37,671 nt of DNA. Source: a virus (lineage: Duplodnaviria; Caudoviricetes). The notes below the pieces were generated by a model. That model had not been told where the DNA came from and ran no database searches. It was given only the letters and a program-made list of their open reading frames with translations. The position numbers and the translations under genes are program-made. Positions 34,973 to 37,671 of the stretch are shown here, in pieces. Location of the stretch: IMG/VR virus record IMGVR_UViG_3300021233_000039, positions 1-37,671 of that record. One strand, 5' to 3'. The number at the start of each line of letters is the position of its first letter. Within the stretch, counting starts at the first letter, position 1.

Positions 34973-35220
34973 ACATGAGCGAGTCAATGCAAAAACAGAT
35001 CGACGAAATTGTCGAGGAGCTGTTGCCCAAAAAGGGTCAGATCGGAATTCTTACAGCGCATGAGCTGCAATCACACCTGCGCATGGCGGCTACCAGGGGC
35101 GCGCTAGTTGGCTGGGCAGCCGCTGAAAAGTTGACCACCAACAGGTTCAAAGAGGAGTACGAAAACATGGCCCACCACTGCAAGCAGTTGGAGTTTGAAA
35201 TCATGGAGTTAAAGCGGTGA
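34969..35220 (+). CDS. Hypothetical early protein
   Basis: In-frame ATG of the 34903 ORF, coupled to the upstream peptide; GGAG RBS. Confidence 0.7.
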   Translation: MNMSESMQKQIDEIVEELLPKKGQIGILTAHELQSHLRMAATRGALVGWAAAEKLTTNRFKEEYENMAHHCKQLEFEIMELKR

Positions 35221-35687
35221 GAAAACGCAGCAGCTATCGGCCCAAGCCGCAACTACCGAATCCTGTCGCGTGGATCATCAACGGGTTTAAGCCCATCACG
35301 CAGGCTGGCATTGTCAATGTGCAGATCAAGAATCACCAGGCTATTGACGCGCTTCGTAAAGGCATCGCTGACCGCGAGGACATTGACTCCATCATCGAGG
35401 CATTCAATGTCGCCGAGGCATTACAGCGCATTGGCATTGGAGATGAGTACAAAGACGATCTTAGAGCCGCGCAGGATGCCCTATTTGATGTCTCCAGGCG
35501 CGGGGTGGACCGAGAGTACAGATTCGTGCTCAAGGCGCAGGAATTGGTCGCTATTAATTTGGGCATGGAGATACACGACGCCCAGATCGAAGTGACCACC
35601 ATTGAGCAAATGGAGCAGGCGATCAAGATCGTCAAAGAAGAAATCAAGAACCGCAAGGCGCGGGTAATACTGGAGAAAACAGCATGA
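35217..35687 (+). CDS. Hypothetical early protein (MRKRSSYRPK family)
   Basis: GTG start with GGAG RBS; coupled on both sides. Confidence 0.75.
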   Translation: MRKRSSYRPKPQLPNPVAWIINGFKPITQAGIVNVQIKNHQAIDALRKGIADREDIDSIIEAFNVAEALQRIGIGDEYKDDLRAAQDALFDVSRRGVDREYRFVLKAQELVAINLGMEIHDAQIEVTTIEQMEQAIKIVKEEIKNRKARVILEKTA

Positions 35688-35875
35688 GCTTTATTAAATT
35701 TTTGAAGGACTACTGGCGCGACCTGACGCCAAAGGAAGTGTGCCAACGTGAGCTTTCTGAGGCCACGCTTGAGCTGCTACAGGCGGAGTCTGGCGCCGAG
35801 TACGCGCAGAGCATCATCACCTACAACCAGACGCGCATCAAGCGCCTTAAGTCAAGATTGGAGGAGTTTGCTTGA
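35684..35875 (+). CDS. Hypothetical coiled-coil protein
   Basis: GGAG RBS; overlapping stop and start codons. Confidence 0.7.
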   Translation: MSFIKFLKDYWRDLTPKEVCQRELSEATLELLQAESGAEYAQSIITYNQTRIKRLKSRLEEFA

Positions 35876-36129
35876 AGTTAAACGTGATGCAATCGTTACG
35901 ATCCAAACTACCTGGATCTACAAATGAGCCGCTGTACACACTTACCGAGATCGCTGACAAGTTGGGCATGGAGTATGAGGACCTTAAGAAACTTGTACGA
36001 AATAAACACAATAAAGTGCCAGCGCCTAAAGTTATTAGGAGTACAAGTTCAGCAATGACAATGCAGCAAAGACTTTACAAATTATCGCAATTTAAAACTT
36101 GGATTAAAGAAATAGGAGAAAGAAAATGA
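35872..36129 (+). CDS. Excisionase/AlpA-like HTH protein
   Basis: LYTLTEIADKLGM...PAP...RLYKLSQFKTW; TTG start with GGAGG RBS. Confidence 0.6.
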   Translation: MKLNVMQSLRSKLPGSTNEPLYTLTEIADKLGMEYEDLKKLVRNKHNKVPAPKVIRSTSSAMTMQQRLYKLSQFKTWIKEIGERK

Positions 36130-36356
36130 AAGACAACACAGTAGTAGCAAAAGAGTACACCGACTGGCTGGTCAAGACTGGCGGCTATGCAAGGGACATG
36201 ACCCTGCGTGACCATTTTGCGGGGCTGGCTATGCAAGCACAGTTATCAATGCTGGAAATTAATTTAGCTATAAGCCAAGGAGACATTACGATAAAAAATG
36301 TTTCCGGAGGTTGTTATGAATGGGCAGACGCAATGCTCAAGGAGCGCAACAAATGA
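36126..36356 (+). CDS. Conserved phage protein (MTLRDHFAGLAMQ...ADAML family)
   Basis: Recognisable motif; AGGAG RBS. Confidence 0.8.
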   Translation: MKDNTVVAKEYTDWLVKTGGYARDMTLRDHFAGLAMQAQLSMLEINLAISQGDITIKNVSGGCYEWADAMLKERNK

Positions 36357-36445
36357 CATGGCCTTTCCCAACCAAACCACTACCCGATGCGCCCTACAAG
36401 CGTATCCCTTTCAACCCCGACAACTACGAGGATGCACCGCTATGA
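36353..36445 (+). CDS. 30-aa Pro-rich peptide (MTWPFP...), not in the ORF track
   Basis: MTWPFPTKPLPDAPYKRIPFNPDNYEDAPL; AAGGAG RBS; ATGA overlaps at both ends. Confidence 0.7.
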   Translation: MTWPFPTKPLPDAPYKRIPFNPDNYEDAPL

Positions 36446-36585
36446 GAGAGATCGACAAAATCTACATCGAAAAAGGCACAGAGCAAGACCCGTACACCGA
36501 GACGTTTGGCGCGGTCAAAAGCCTGATTGCTTTTTTGGTGATCTGCGTATTTGCAGGTATGGCATTCATTGCGTGGGTGAGGTGA
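36442..36585 (+). CDS. 47-aa C-terminally anchored membrane protein
   Basis: MREIDK...LIAFLVICVFAGMAFIAWVR; GAGGA RBS. Confidence 0.65.
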   Translation: MREIDKIYIEKGTEQDPYTETFGAVKSLIAFLVICVFAGMAFIAWVR

Positions 36586-36588
36586 CGT

Positions 36589-37266
36589 ATGACACCCCTA
36601 GTACGGGAAATGGTCAAGATGGTGTCGGTTGCTAATCTTGACCCAACTCAGATGCAGTGGTTTGATGTGACTGGGGCAATAAAGACGCATATTGGTGCAG
36701 ACCCAAAACGGTACTTGTTGCATCCAGCGCCCTATAAAAACATGATGTTGGTAGGTAGCACAAAGCAGGGTGATTTCATGCTATCGCTATTGGTTGAACC
36801 TGATGCCACCGTTGTGACTGGATGGATAATGAAGCCGCAAGGTTATAAAAATCTTGGTAGCTTTTTGTTCTCAGAACACAATGGTGAGCCGAAAGTTGGC
36901 CCTCTTGATAAGCCGCTTGACCCGCAAGACCAGCGCATGATGGTGGGTCTTATTGCCATGTTCTACGCATCGCTGGACAACAAGATTGAATCCTATGTGC
37001 CAACGATTAAAAACACATTTACAAACCGCAGAAAAATTAAAGAAGGCAAGATGCCTACATATGATTGGCATACGGTTGTGATTGAGCCACCCAAACCAAA
37101 GCAGGAGCATCAAGGCGGGACACACGCAAGCCCACGCAGACATCAATCAAGAGGTCACTGGCGCACTTACAAATCAGGTAAACGTGGATGGGTTAGCGAA
37201 TGCTGGAAAGGGGATGCAAGCAAGGGCACGGTGTTCAAAGATTATGCAATTAAGGAGCAGCCATGA
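36589..37266 (+). CDS. Hypothetical protein with a C-terminal HxxRGHWR motif
   Basis: HASPRRHQSRGHWRTY...WVSECWKG; GAGGT RBS. Confidence 0.75.
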   Translation: MTPLVREMVKMVSVANLDPTQMQWFDVTGAIKTHIGADPKRYLLHPAPYKNMMLVGSTKQGDFMLSLLVEPDATVVTGWIMKPQGYKNLGSFLFSEHNGEPKVGPLDKPLDPQDQRMMVGLIAMFYASLDNKIESYVPTIKNTFTNRRKIKEGKMPTYDWHTVVIEPPKPKQEHQGGTHASPRRHQSRGHWRTYKSGKRGWVSECWKGDASKGTVFKDYAIKEQP

Positions 37267-37622
37267 CAGGCTATAACTTAATTAATGGAGAATCAAAAAT
37301 GGAAAAATCAATTAACACAATTACAGTAAATGGCGTTGACTACGTTCGCGCTGACCAAGTTCAAAAAACACCAGTTGGAAATCGCGCTGTTGTAGTGGTC
37401 GATAGGGGTTGGATTTTTGCGGGTGACATAACAAGGAAAAACGGGCGCATCAAACTTACTCGTGCTGTGCATGTATTCCGTTGGGAATCCATTGGTTTTA
37501 ACGGAATGATTTCTAATCCAAAATCGGTAAAAGTTACGATAAAACCTATGCCTAACGGAGTGGATATTCCAGAAGGAGCCGAAGTGTTTTGCGTACCCGT
37601 TGAAACAAACTGGGGTCTGTAA
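37263..37622 (+). CDS. Sm-like fold phage protein (DUF6948-like)
   Basis: RAVVVVDRGWIFAG...LTRAVHVFRW. An alternative start lies at 37299 after GGAG. Confidence 0.65.
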   Translation: MTGYNLINGESKMEKSINTITVNGVDYVRADQVQKTPVGNRAVVVVDRGWIFAGDITRKNGRIKLTRAVHVFRWESIGFNGMISNPKSVKVTIKPMPNGVDIPEGAEVFCVPVETNWGL

Positions 37623-37671
37623 TGTTTAAGCCTATAGGCGACGGTTACGGCAACGGCTACGGCAACGGCGA
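37570..37671 (+). repeat. Terminal direct repeat copy 2
   Basis: Identical to 78-179; it joins the last ORF to the first ORF through a TAATG overlap. Confidence 0.95.

Larger units (their letters stand above)
78..37671. mobile_element. Complete tailed bacteriophage genome (podovirus-like; probable freshwater Betaproteobacteria host)
   Basis: TerS, TerL, portal, scaffold, capsid, tail, lysis and replication genes are all present. There is no tape-measure or sheath gene. A 102-bp terminal overlap closes the circle. The host assignment is inference. Confidence 0.93.

Noticed and set aside
37570-37671. Biological direct terminal repeat (T7-like)
   Set aside because: The repeat spans a coding junction and ends in a low-complexity repeat, which is typical of an assembler overlap. 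True termini cannot be inferred.

Overview
The window is an apparently complete, circularly permuted tailed-phage genome of about 37.5 kb: bases 78-179 recur exactly at 37570-37671, giving a 37,492-bp circle plus 77 unexplained leading bases. The architecture looks podovirus-like. A long minus-strand arm runs from a Cro-like HTH through a RuvC-like resolvase, a Cas4-like/DUF2800 nuclease, an SSB-like protein, a primase-helicase, TerS, TerL, an accessory/glycosylation block, portal, scaffold, major capsid, adaptor, an AT-rich tail-fibre block, lysis genes, nozzle and ejection proteins, ending in an ADP-ribosyltransferase-like protein. A short plus-strand arm of small, translationally coupled early genes diverges from it. 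I found no integrase, CI-type repressor, DNA polymerase, RNA polymerase, tRNA or CRISPR array. The most striking unannotated element is the ~300-bp gap between terS and terL. It holds a 28-bp dif-like XerC/XerD site, a perfect IHF consensus and seven DnaA boxes, which suggests an integrase-less phage that uses host XerCD, DnaA and IHF. Other highlights are an iteron/hairpin origin after the primase-helicase, glycosyltransferases and a methyltransferase inside the head module, a HiPIP-like Cys protein, and an ejection protein with 11-residue repeats. All family assignments come from motif recognition by eye, not from database searches.
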